Shown: piece after piece, positions 20,485-30,700 of the stretch | Layout: every line of letters starts with the position of its first letter | Position numbering within the stretch: the stretch's first letter is position 1 | NCBI GenBank assembly: GCA_043814985.1 | Contig: JBDRJK010000014.1 | Coordinates: forward strand, 34,369 to 98,368 | DNA length: 64,000 nucleotides | Direction of reading: 5' to 3' | From: Candidatus Aenigmatarchaeota archaeon | GTDB taxonomy: Archaea; Aenigmatarchaeota; Aenigmatarchaeia; Aenigmatarchaeales; Aenigmatarchaeaceae | Position numbers and translations under genes: made by a program | The notes under the pieces: model-generated | The model's database searches: none | Told to the model about the DNA's origin: nothing | The model's input: the letters and a program-made list of their open reading frames with translations, nothing else

Positions 20485-21352
20485 AGGAGTTTATTTGAGA
20501 AATGAAAAACATTTGAAACTGTTAGAAGTTGCAAGATCTGAAATAAAAGTTCCACCTTTCTTAGGCAAACATCATTCTGATGAAACTAAATTAAAGATTA
20601 GCCAAAGATTGAAAGGTAGTCAGGTTTGGAACAAAGGCAAAAAATTGCCATACGACGTTTGGAATAAGGGTATGACAAAAGAAACGAATAAGAAGTTAAA
20701 AATTATTGGTCAAAAGATATCAATTTCCAATAAAGGTAGAAAGGTTTGGAATAAAGGAAAGGAAAATAAAGAATTGAAACAAAGATGGCAGAATCCAGAA
20801 TTTAGAAAAATTATGATAGAAATTTCGAAAGATATTATGAAGAAAAACTGGAATAATCCAGTATACATAGAAAAAATGGAGAAATTGAGAACTTTTTTCA
20901 AAAGAAAAAGAAATGTTCAAGAAATAGAGCGATTAAGGAACATTTCAAATAATAGATTAGGAAGTAAAAATTCTGTTGAACAGAATAAGAAGATTAGTGA
21001 AGCACGTTTAAGACAGAAGATACCGCATAAGGATACTTATCCTGAAATGTTAGTTCAAAAATGCCTAGCAGAAAGGAATATTAATTTCACTACTCATTAT
21101 TCAATTCTTGGCCAACCAGATATTTTTATAAAACCGAACATTTGTGTGTTTATTGATGGTTGTTATTGGCATGGATGTCCAGTTCATTTTCCTGAAAAGA
21201 TCAATACTAATGATATAAAGATATCTGAAGCTCTAAGAAAGCAGGGTTATACGGTTATAAGAATTTGGGAACATGAAATCAAAAATAATACTACTAAATG
21301 TATAAATAAAATTATGGAGTCAATCGAAAATGGTCAAGATATTAGCCGTTAA
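20477..21352 (+). mobile_element. Free-standing putative homing endonuclease: NUMOD3-type DNA-binding repeats plus Vsr/DUF559-like nuclease domain
   Basis: FLGKHHSDETKLKIS and LGSKNSVEQNKKIS (NUMOD3-like), three VWNKG repeats, C-terminal PDIF...FIDGCYWHGC...GYTVIRIWEHEI; AT-rich. Confidence 0.8.
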
Positions 21353-22700
21353 TCCTCAATTTACGCCAGATTACATACACTCGGCTCGTTGGGATTCTCT
21401 GTCACTCAGTGGTAGCCACTGGTATCCTGTGTTTTTATCATATATGGTGAGCTTGTTAGAAAAGCACAGCCATGAATGTAGGCTTGTTGATGCCGAGGCG
21501 GAGAACCTTAGCGACAGTCAAGTCCTGAGGATTGCCAAAGAGTTCAAGCCGGATTTTTCCGTGCTGTACATCTCAGAGAGGGGACTAGGCGCCAACATGA
21601 ATCTGGCAAAATCTATAAAGAACAGCACAAAATCCAAAATAATTTTCGTAGGACCTTGGTGTTCTCTGGTAAAGAAGGAGAAAGTCAACAAGAAGATTGT
21701 CGACTTTTTCATAGAAGGCGAGTTTGAGTTCGCGGTCTTGAAAATAGTTGAAGGAAAAGGCAAGAAAGGATGCATCAGGACAGAGAGACTGACCCCAGAA
21801 CAGCTGAAGGATCTTGGCTGGGTGACGAAGATATATCAAAAGCATCTGAACATCAACAACTACAGGATAAGTTCTCTTGAGCATAGGTTTGTGGATTTGC
21901 TGACATCGAGGAAATGCTACTGGGGCAGGTGCTCGTTCTGTCTGTGGCCATCAACAATACTACAAAAGGGTGGCTATGTCGAAAGAGATATTGAAGATTC
22001 TTTGGATGAGATTGAATGGGCTTGGAACAATTTGAATATAAAAGAAATATTCATTCAGGATGATACAATATCGCCAAAAAGGGCGAAAGAGCTTTCAGAA
22101 GGTCTGATAAAGAGATGCTTGAAAATAAGCTGGGCCTGCTATGCCAGAGGCGATTTGGCGTTCACTCAGAAAATAGTCAACATGATGGCAAAGAGCGGCT
22201 GCCGCGTCGTTCACATAGGTTTTGAGAGCGGAAACAATGAAATACTAAAGAGGATGAACAAGGGAACGACTGTCGAGAACCTGACTGAGGTCAGCAGGCG
22301 TTTCAGGAAGGTGGGCATAGATGTTCACGGCGATTTCATGATTGGGAATATCGGGGAAACACGAGAGACCATTCAGCAGACAATGAACTTTATCAAGAAG
22401 CTCGACCTCTCAATAGTCCAGATAGCGCCGCCAAAACTGTATGGTAATTGCAAGATTTACGAGTGGTATGCCCATAACAACGAGGGAGCGTACATAGACA
22501 AGAGAGGATTGCCGAACCTTAAGGACATAACGTACGAGGAGATGGTTGCCTTGGTGAAGAAGGGACTCAGAGACTATTACATGAGCAAGGAGTTCATATC
22601 AAGGACGCTGACCCATCCCTCTCAATTAAAAAGAGTTATCGGTTCTGCTATTCCGGCAATCAAGTTCATGTTCAGCGGAAGAAAAGAGGTACCTGTCTGA
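21330..22700 (+). CDS. Cobalamin-binding radical SAM protein (#7, HpnJ-like)
   Basis: WYPVFLSY, VGPW, EGEFE, SRKCYWGRCSFCLWP, GFESG, VHGDFMIG. Confidence 0.88.
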   Translation: MVKILAVNPQFTPDYIHSARWDSLSLSGSHWYPVFLSYMVSLLEKHSHECRLVDAEAENLSDSQVLRIAKEFKPDFSVLYISERGLGANMNLAKSIKNSTKSKIIFVGPWCSLVKKEKVNKKIVDFFIEGEFEFAVLKIVEGKGKKGCIRTERLTPEQLKDLGWVTKIYQKHLNINNYRISSLEHRFVDLLTSRKCYWGRCSFCLWPSTILQKGGYVERDIEDSLDEIEWAWNNLNIKEIFIQDDTISPKRAKELSEGLIKRCLKISWACYARGDLAFTQKIVNMMAKSGCRVVHIGFESGNNEILKRMNKGTTVENLTEVSRRFRKVGIDVHGDFMIGNIGETRETIQQTMNFIKKLDLSIVQIAPPKLYGNCKIYEWYAHNNEGAYIDKRGLPNLKDITYEEMVALVKKGLRDYYMSKEFISRTLTHPSQLKRVIGSAIPAIKFMFSGRKEVPV

Positions 22701-22709
22701 GATGATTCA

Positions 22710-23657
22710 ATGAAACCCAGCATAACTGTTTTGGTAACAATAAAAAACTCAGCCCGTACAATAAAGAAATGTGTTGACTCGCTTCTGAAACAGAACTACA
22801 ATAACTACAAGGTTTATGTTGTCGATTCCTTTTCCAATGACGGCAGCTATGAGATACTGAAAAGTTATGGAAAGAAAATAAAGTTCGAGCAGTTCAAAAG
22901 CACGCCACCTCAGGCTTACAATCATGCAATCAAGAAGATAAATACAACATTCGTTGCATTCACTGACGGCGACTGTGTGGCTGATAGTAACTGGTTAAAG
23001 AATTTAATTTCAGGATTCAAGACAGAAGATATAGCAGCAGTTGCTGGTTTCTGCAAGACGCCTAGAAACGTTAACTTCCTACAGAAACTAGTTGGCATTG
23101 AGCTGGAGAACAGGTTCAAGAAGTTTCCCAAATACATACCTCGTGCACCTACCATGAACATTTGTGTGAGAACCAAGATTCTAAAGAAACTTATGTTCAA
23201 CAGCAAGCTTTTTGTTGGTTATGACACTGATTTGGGATACAGAGTGATAAGTACAGGGAAGAAAATCCTTTACGAACCAAAAGCAGTGATATATCATTAT
23301 CACAGGGCCACATGGAAAAAAATATTCAAGCAGCAAATGACTTATGCAAGGTACCTACCCCTGATATATTCCAAGCACAAGAAAAGAGTTGGAGGTGATT
23401 ACATATCCAAGCCAACCATGATGTACCACCTAGCTGTATTTTATCTGGCTGCTTTATTTCTATTCTTGAGTATCTTCTCAATAACATCTCTAGATTTTTT
23501 CGGCATATTTGTTTTGATATTCCTACTGATATCCGTATTTGAGTTTCTGAGCTTCAAAACGAAGAAGGAATATTTCCCCTACTTCCTTATGATATTCTTT
23601 GTCAGAACGCTTGCATGGTCAATAGGACTAGTTCTTGGCATACTTGGAAGAGATTAG
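22710..23657 (+). CDS. GT2 family glycosyltransferase with C-terminal TM helices
   Basis: VVDSFSNDGS, FTDGDC, GYDTDL, hydrophobic C-terminus. Confidence 0.9.
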   Translation: MKPSITVLVTIKNSARTIKKCVDSLLKQNYNNYKVYVVDSFSNDGSYEILKSYGKKIKFEQFKSTPPQAYNHAIKKINTTFVAFTDGDCVADSNWLKNLISGFKTEDIAAVAGFCKTPRNVNFLQKLVGIELENRFKKFPKYIPRAPTMNICVRTKILKKLMFNSKLFVGYDTDLGYRVISTGKKILYEPKAVIYHYHRATWKKIFKQQMTYARYLPLIYSKHKKRVGGDYISKPTMMYHLAVFYLAALFLFLSIFSITSLDFFGIFVLIFLLISVFEFLSFKTKKEYFPYFLMIFFVRTLAWSIGLVLGILGRD

Positions 23658-24352
23658 AAAATTCTTCCCAATATTTCCTTCTTGTACTTCATGGCAAACT
23701 TGATGTAACCGTGAGCTAGTTTGGAGAAGTTGCCTTTCTTGCCGCACTGATAGCTGCACCAGACAGAGACAGTTGATATCTTCATCTCTCTCTCCTTGGC
23801 TATCTGCAGGATTTCAAGTTCTATACCGAAGCCCTCCAAGTCAATTCTGGGAAGTATGTACTTGACAGCCTCTCTGGAATAGCACCTGAAGCCTGACGCG
23901 ACATCAGTGAAGAAGCCCCCAGAAGACAAAAGCACTACCATGGTTGAGAATACATTGAAAAATATCCTTAATTTTGGATAGCCCCTCAGTTTCATGTACC
24001 TTGACCCTATGACAATGTCCGAATATTTCTTCTTGACCATCAGCTCGACAACAGGTATGTCCTTGGGATCATGCTGGCCGTCAGCGTCAATAGTTACAAG
24101 CATATTACCCTTTTCCTTGAGAAAACGCTTGAAGCCTTGTATTGTCGCATATCCCTTGCCTCGGTTGTCGGGATAGCTAAGCATTATTACCCTCTTGTTA
24201 TTACCATACTTCTCCATGACAATCTTATATGTATTGTCGCAGCTTCCATCATCAACCAGAATAATCCTGTCAACATATTTCAGTGTCTTGCCTATAATAT
24301 CGTTTATTGTTTTGCTTTCGTTGTAGGCACAAATCAATGCATAGGTCCTCAT
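23654..24352 (-). CDS. GT2 Dol-P-glycosyl synthase-like glycosyltransferase
   Basis: ICAYNE, VDDGSCD, NRGKG, IDADGQHDP, GSRY, DVASGFR. Confidence 0.9.
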   Translation of the reverse strand: MRTYALICAYNESKTINDIIGKTLKYVDRIILVDDGSCDNTYKIVMEKYGNNKRVIMLSYPDNRGKGYATIQGFKRFLKEKGNMLVTIDADGQHDPKDIPVVELMVKKKYSDIVIGSRYMKLRGYPKLRIFFNVFSTMVVLLSSGGFFTDVASGFRCYSREAVKYILPRIDLEGFGIELEILQIAKEREMKISTVSVWCSYQCGKKGNFSKLAHGYIKFAMKYKKEILGRIF

Positions 24353-26406
24353 CAAACGACCTCGTATATCTTTACCTGCTCATTCCTGAACACTTGCTCG
24401 AAATGCTCTAGGCCCTGTCCCTCAAGCATGAACATCTTGGTGAAAACAGAATCTCTCAGGGTTGGCGGTATCAATACAATGTAAGAATAATGCGCTGGTA
24501 ACCATGCTGTCATTTGTATTGTCTCATTTACAAACCTGGCATTTAGCTGTCCCTCAAGAGGCTTGAGCGCTGTTATCATAGAGTTCAATTCCTCTTCAGT
24601 GAATGTTATGGAAATAGCTTCTGTCCCGTTATAAGTTATAATCTCCTTGAATAGGGCAATGTTTATTCCTTGGACAAGCATTGGTATTGGTGGCTGGGTA
24701 TTGTACACTAATATCTGTGTCTGCTGTCCCATGTCGTAATTTCTAAACATCAAGTTTCCGTTGTTATCAGTGGACCTGGAACTTTCACCAAGCTGTATGT
24801 ACAAAGGACATGATTCATCTGACACGCCGTCACAGCCAGTACCGAAGTATTGCAGCCATCTGAATTTTCCAATCAAGTCATCAGATGCTATCCAATAGAC
24901 TTTTGGAGAGGTGCCCTGGTATTTTCTTATCAATTCCAGTGACTCGTTCTCGTTGCTGGTAACCATTATCTTTCCCAAATCCGTTATCCTGTCGTTGATT
25001 GTGTACAGGCAAGTCAACGTACAGTGAGCACCGTCTGCAAAGTTTCTACGTTCTGCAAGACCGTTGATCATATGTCCCGGATCCCACCACGTGCCGACAA
25101 TAGAATTTTCCGGAGTTTCAGTCTTTAGGAAATTCCAGGCAGCATCCCAGTTAGGGCTCATGTCAGGCCCAAGGCCTTTACCCATCTCCAAACCCATGTT
25201 TGCTATAATAAGAACTAGGAATATACTGCCACCGATGAAAAACGATTTAACGACTTTTTCATGGTTTTTAATCCTTTCCATTAACATGCCAAAACCATAT
25301 CCTATCATAGAAATAAAAATCACGCTTGTGAACTCTGTAAATCTTATGCCCCTGACTGTCGTGTACAATCCTACAACAAACAGAGTCATAAGAAAAGCCA
25401 GGTTAAAGAATTTATTCTTTTTGTAACTGCTGTAAAAACCAAATGATATTAACAAAATAAATACCAGAAATATCAGGGAGTCAATCAAGCCATCTCCCAT
25501 TGAAAACCTTCCCATTGCCAAAATCCACCCACCCAATTCAAATATGCTGAAGGGTTGAAGTTCTGCAATGGAAATATTCACTATCCACGTTTCAGGGTTC
25601 TGTGAAAATACCATCAAAGACCTGAACGACTTTAGCGGCTCAACTCCTGTTAAAAATCCTATGACAATCAAGCCTATTAAGAGGGCAACCAGAACCTTGC
25701 TCAAGCCCTTAATTTCCTTGAAGATGTCAATATCGGTTTTTCCAAGATTTTTCAGAACCAGACTTAAAATAATGAAAATCACTGCAGCTATCACCATTAT
25801 GGCATAGGTATAGGAAAACAGTGTCCATGTCAGCATGAAGCATGAGAATGATATCAATGCCAGGCAAATGCTGCTTATAGTCTTCCTTTTCAAGGCATAA
25901 ACGCCAGCGAACATTGTAAGCAGGATGAAGAAGAGAACCAATTGGTCCGTATCATAGGAACTGCCGAATGTTCTGACCAAGACCTGAGGCGCAGAAGCTA
26001 CTAGGATCGCGCTAAAAAGGCCTCCATATTCGTTTGACAATTCTTTAACCAATAGAAATGCAGGAATTGCTATTATGGCACCATAAAAGGCAGATGCAAG
26101 GGCTGATGTTGTCAAAAGGCTCATGCCAAAATTCTGCAGCAGCCAATAGAGCATGGTGGTTATATAGAACATGAGAGGGGCTGTGTAATCGTAATCAACA
26201 ATTTTCCCCACATAATATGAAATTTCGTCCCATACTGGCAGATGCCCCCAGTTTGCCATGTAATAGGTCTGCCTGTACATGAAAACAGGGTCGAATGACA
26301 ATATCCTATCAGGGACTATGTTGAACGATCTTATGTAAAAACTGAAGGCAACTATGCCTAACAGCACGAATACATACCAGTATTTTTTCAAAATATTTAC
26401 TTTCAT
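24352..26406 (-). CDS. aglB: Oligosaccharyltransferase AglB (STT3 family)
   Basis: FDP, YDTD and SIAE motifs, multi-TM core, TWWDPGH signature. Confidence 0.9.
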   Translation of the reverse strand: MKVNILKKYWYVFVLLGIVAFSFYIRSFNIVPDRILSFDPVFMYRQTYYMANWGHLPVWDEISYYVGKIVDYDYTAPLMFYITTMLYWLLQNFGMSLLTTSALASAFYGAIIAIPAFLLVKELSNEYGGLFSAILVASAPQVLVRTFGSSYDTDQLVLFFILLTMFAGVYALKRKTISSICLALISFSCFMLTWTLFSYTYAIMVIAAVIFIILSLVLKNLGKTDIDIFKEIKGLSKVLVALLIGLIVIGFLTGVEPLKSFRSLMVFSQNPETWIVNISIAELQPFSIFELGGWILAMGRFSMGDGLIDSLIFLVFILLISFGFYSSYKKNKFFNLAFLMTLFVVGLYTTVRGIRFTEFTSVIFISMIGYGFGMLMERIKNHEKVVKSFFIGGSIFLVLIIANMGLEMGKGLGPDMSPNWDAAWNFLKTETPENSIVGTWWDPGHMINGLAERRNFADGAHCTLTCLYTINDRITDLGKIMVTSNENESLELIRKYQGTSPKVYWIASDDLIGKFRWLQYFGTGCDGVSDESCPLYIQLGESSRSTDNNGNLMFRNYDMGQQTQILVYNTQPPIPMLVQGINIALFKEIITYNGTEAISITFTEEELNSMITALKPLEGQLNARFVNETIQMTAWLPAHYSYIVLIPPTLRDSVFTKMFMLEGQGLEHFEQVFRNEQVKIYEVV

Positions 26407-26459
26407 AATTACTAAGAAAAATTAGAAAACAAAGTATAAAAAGGTTCAGTCTTACCGTT

Positions 26460-27629
26460 CTACAACATGCCCAACAAGACAAAACTGACAGCAAATAGCA
26501 CAATATTCTGCAGCAGAATCAGCAAGGCGAACAGCTTGACCCTTCCCAGCCCCTGCAAGTAGTTGGTGTATATCATGTTAAAACCGAAAACCAGCCCAAA
26601 AGAGACTAGAGCCTTGAATATTAGCAGGCTTGGCAGATAGCTTTCGAAGAATGAGGCAAAGAGCCAGTCCGAAAACAGAATAACAAACAATATTCCAATC
26701 AAGAATACAGGTGTGTAGAGCAGGAATCCCTTCTTCAGGATATTTTTTGCATCCCCATGCCTCTTAAAGCCGTTGAGCTCTGATACTTTCGGGAACACCA
26801 CAGAAGATATTGCTGTTGGAACTAGCAGTGTTGCAAAATAAAAGAGGAAGGCGAATGAAAAGTAACCGATTGCCTCCGGGGAGAAGAAGAGATTCAAGAC
26901 AGGGATGATGATTGTAAACAGATTGATGATTATCCATGTGAAATACACAGGCAAGCTGAACTTCATGAATATTTTTTTGACATCAAATTCCTCTGTTTTT
27001 TTAATCACCCCTTCTTTGAAAAAGAACTTCAAATTGAATATGTTTCCGATTAAAAACCCGAAACTCCAGCCTAGAACTGCATAGGAGATTCCAAAGGAGC
27101 TCAGCAAGACACTAAGAACAGCAGAGCTTGTTAGCGTCAGGAACTGGGACAAGGCAAAAAGTTTGAACTTATGGAAGCCAAGGACAATGTTCTGGAAAAC
27201 AATAAAGAATGTCATGCCTGCCATCAGAACCCCTGGAAACACCAGATAGTTGAGTGAGGCGTCCTTCAGGAATACTGAGGCTATTTGCTCGTTGAAAACT
27301 AGGATCAGGGCTATCAGGACTGAATAGCTGAAAATCCTTATTTTCAAGAACCATTTGATCAGGTAGCCGGCTTTTTCTCTGCTTGTACTCTTGAATTCAG
27401 AGATATATTTTGTTAAAGTTGCGTAAGCGCCGAACTCTATTAGAATAGGGAAGAACGTGAAAAGATAAGAGATGACCTTGAAGACGCCAAAATCTACAGC
27501 TCCCAGCTGGTTTGCAAGAAGCAGGTTACCAAAAAACAGGATTATGTTAGCGGAAAGGCTTGCTAAAAGTATTAAACCGCCGCTCCTTGCCAAGTCCCCT
27601 TTCAGAAGGGAAAGAATAGCCACTTTCAT
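26460..27629 (-). CDS. Oligosaccharide flippase (Wzx/MOP family)
   Basis: About 12 TM helices, LGAVDFG, TKYISE, GYFSFA, VFPKVS; adjacent to aglB. Confidence 0.85.
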   Translation of the reverse strand: MKVAILSLLKGDLARSGGLILLASLSANIILFFGNLLLANQLGAVDFGVFKVISYLFTFFPILIEFGAYATLTKYISEFKSTSREKAGYLIKWFLKIRIFSYSVLIALILVFNEQIASVFLKDASLNYLVFPGVLMAGMTFFIVFQNIVLGFHKFKLFALSQFLTLTSSAVLSVLLSSFGISYAVLGWSFGFLIGNIFNLKFFFKEGVIKKTEEFDVKKIFMKFSLPVYFTWIIINLFTIIIPVLNLFFSPEAIGYFSFAFLFYFATLLVPTAISSVVFPKVSELNGFKRHGDAKNILKKGFLLYTPVFLIGILFVILFSDWLFASFFESYLPSLLIFKALVSFGLVFGFNMIYTNYLQGLGRVKLFALLILLQNIVLFAVSFVLLGML

Positions 27630-27734
27630 TTAATTAAATAACCTCTTTTTAAAGATAAAAGTTACTTCCTAAAAACCTTGAAAATTATAGTAATGTTTAT
27701 ATGGTGGGCTATAATAATATTTTTAGGTGTTGTA

Positions 27735-30700
27735 TTGAATAAAAAGGGTTTTATTAAGTTTAGTCTGCTTTCTATGGTATTTTTATCAATTATTGCAGTC
27801 ATGGTCCTCTGGGTTCTACCAGCATTCGCTGATGTTGATCCAGGAGAACTGCAGGGTTATGACTTTTGTGGTGGGTATCCTTGCCCTTCTTGGGTTAATT
27901 TGACAAGAGGAGACATGTTCTTTGCAGACGGAAATGATGTTTATATAATTGCCAACATCAGCTGTGCAAATCCCCCAGGAGAAAATATTTGTAATTCAAG
28001 CATGACTGTTGATGCCGATTTTTCCCAAATAGGAGGAAGCGATGTCCAGCCCGGTGTATTCAAGCAAAACGGAACAGATGCCAGCTGGGCTATTTTCGAG
28101 TTTAATGATACAGTAGACTTCACATCATTGTCAGTAGAACAGATTCAACCTAATAACATTACCATGAACGCAACAATTTTTAACACTACTTCTGATTCAT
28201 ACGAAACATATGACTTGCCCAGTTTTTTTGCTCCAGTATTGCTGGTTAACATGTCAACTTTCGGTTGCCCTTCAGAAGGTCAGCCGGGAGTCTTTTTCCC
28301 CGAGGTTCCGGGGTGGAATGCGTCAAATTCGTCTCCGGTATTTAGTCCTATACAGGCAGTGGGATGTACGCAAAACGTTTCATTGTGCTCTTATATGGAC
28401 ACATACGGTCCTGGGACATGGAACGGCACGCACTGGTTGGTATGCGCACCCAACTTTGGAGGGTCAACAACAAACTTTACGGAGATAGCGGATGCAGGCA
28501 ATTTCTCTGCCATACAAAACTTCACCATAGAAGTTCCGGGAAAAGCCAAAATCATTTTCCAGACAAATGTTAGTTTCGATTCCCAGCAAGAATCTCAGGC
28601 CATAATGGAATTCGCTATGAAAAGTGTTATGGGAGGAGGAAGAGTGGGAATCAATGACACGGAGTTCTGTGGAGACAGTTGCGGTCAGCCCGATAAACCT
28701 AACCTAAATCTGTCTGCAAGGTTAACAATCTACAATGTTTCCGGCCAGTTAGGAATAACAGGAAATCCACAAATAATAAGGATGGGCTACGACGGTTCGA
28801 ATCCACAATCATGCCCACCGAGCATATGTTCTGACATTATCTGGGACGGAGAGAATCTAACATTTACAGTTTCAAGCTTTTCCAGCTATCAGGCCACTGA
28901 TGGTATAAACGTATCTCTTGTTTCGCCTGGAAACACCAATTGGACGAACAACAGAACTATTAATTTTAATTACATGCCTGTTTGGAACGATTCTATGACA
29001 ATGAGCAACTGCACACTTTTTGGAAACTTTACAGGCAGCTGGGAGGCAAATGAGACCAACAGCACTCCACTTTCAAATGGCGCTACAAATATCATTTCAA
29101 ACACTGTGAACGATGATGTCGCATACTTGTGGAACGTGGAATGTTATGATAACACAGGATTGGGTGATACAGGAACAACTAATTATACTGTCATGGTGGA
29201 TAGCATAGCTCCAACATGGTCTAATCAAAGCTACAATACAACACCCAATTACTCGTCATCGACACCTTCCTACTTCAACATAAGCTGGTCAGATGCCAAT
29301 GGAATATCAAAAGTCATTCTGGTTGGCAACTGGTCGGGCGGTCAAGAGTATGAGATGAACAACTTGGGCGGCGACGTTTACGGCTTCAATATCACTCTAC
29401 CAGCTGGTATTTATTATTGGCTGTCTTATGCAAACGACTCTTCAAACTATACAAATACATCAAACGGTTGGGCATTCATAATAGGTCAGGCATCTAATCC
29501 TGTTAGTCTTTATTTCAATGGAACCCAGAACTTAAACAAGACATACACTTATCCAGAAGCTGTTAACGCTACTGGAACATCAACCGTGTTAACACCATCT
29601 CTGTACAGAGATGGTGCATCAGTAGGAACTGATGAGCAAGTATTGCTTGGGAATGGGACGTATGCTTACAAGATAAATGCAACCGGTAACGCTAACTATT
29701 CAGACAATGTAACCGGTCTGACCTATTACGCACTTGTGAATATGGGAATGCCTTCAACAATTTTGGAATGGAATGAGAGCACGCCAGTTGATTTTGGATT
29801 CATAATAAATTTCACATCATACTCTTCAGATACAACTCTTGCAACAACATTTTACGCCAACTACTCTGGTGTTTTGGCTAACATATCTCCAGCAACTACT
29901 GGTCTTAACACAAACATAACCGATACATCTAATCTTGGTTTGGGTGTGTATCAAGTTGCTGCCAACACTACAGGCAATGCTAACTATTCAGACAACTCAA
30001 CCTTGGAGACCATAGTGTTTACAGTTTCTGATATCTCTTCACCTACATGGTCTGTCAACCAGAGCTCCAACCCGACGAACTATTCTTCAACTCTCAGTAC
30101 ATTCAACGTGACATGGAACGACAATACAGATATTTCCGACGTACTGATAACAATCAGGAATTCTACGGGCGTTTTAATCAACAACGCTTCCATGACCAAT
30201 GACACCTTTAATGGTTCTATCTATAATTATTCTATAATATTGCCAGCTGACACATACAACTGGACAGCATATGCCAACGATACTTCTGGAACTTGGAACG
30301 CAACAGACACTTGGATATTTACGATTAGCCAAGCCAATAACCCAGTCAGCCTTTATTTCAACGGCACAGAGAACGCAAACAAAACATACACCTACCCAGC
30401 AGCAATCAACGCAACAGCAACATCTGGAGGAACTGTTTATCTTTATAGGAACGGAACCCACATAGCCAATGGAACTTCTCCACAAGCAGAAAATATCCTA
30501 TTGGGAAACAACACCTACCCGTACAAAGTCAATGCAACTGGAAATGCAAACTATACTAGCAATTCAACAGGCCTGACTTATTATGCTTCTGTCAACAAAG
30601 GGACATTGGTTCTGATGATTAATGCAACACCTTCAACCTCGGTCACATATCCTGCCGAGACAACAGTCACTGGAACAGAAAACAACATTAATGATACGAA

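Noticed and set aside
20413..21383. Self-splicing intron carrying the endonuclease
   Set aside because: Almost no non-coding sequence for a ribozyme core, and the downstream gene has its own complete N-terminus; not formally excluded without RT-PCR.
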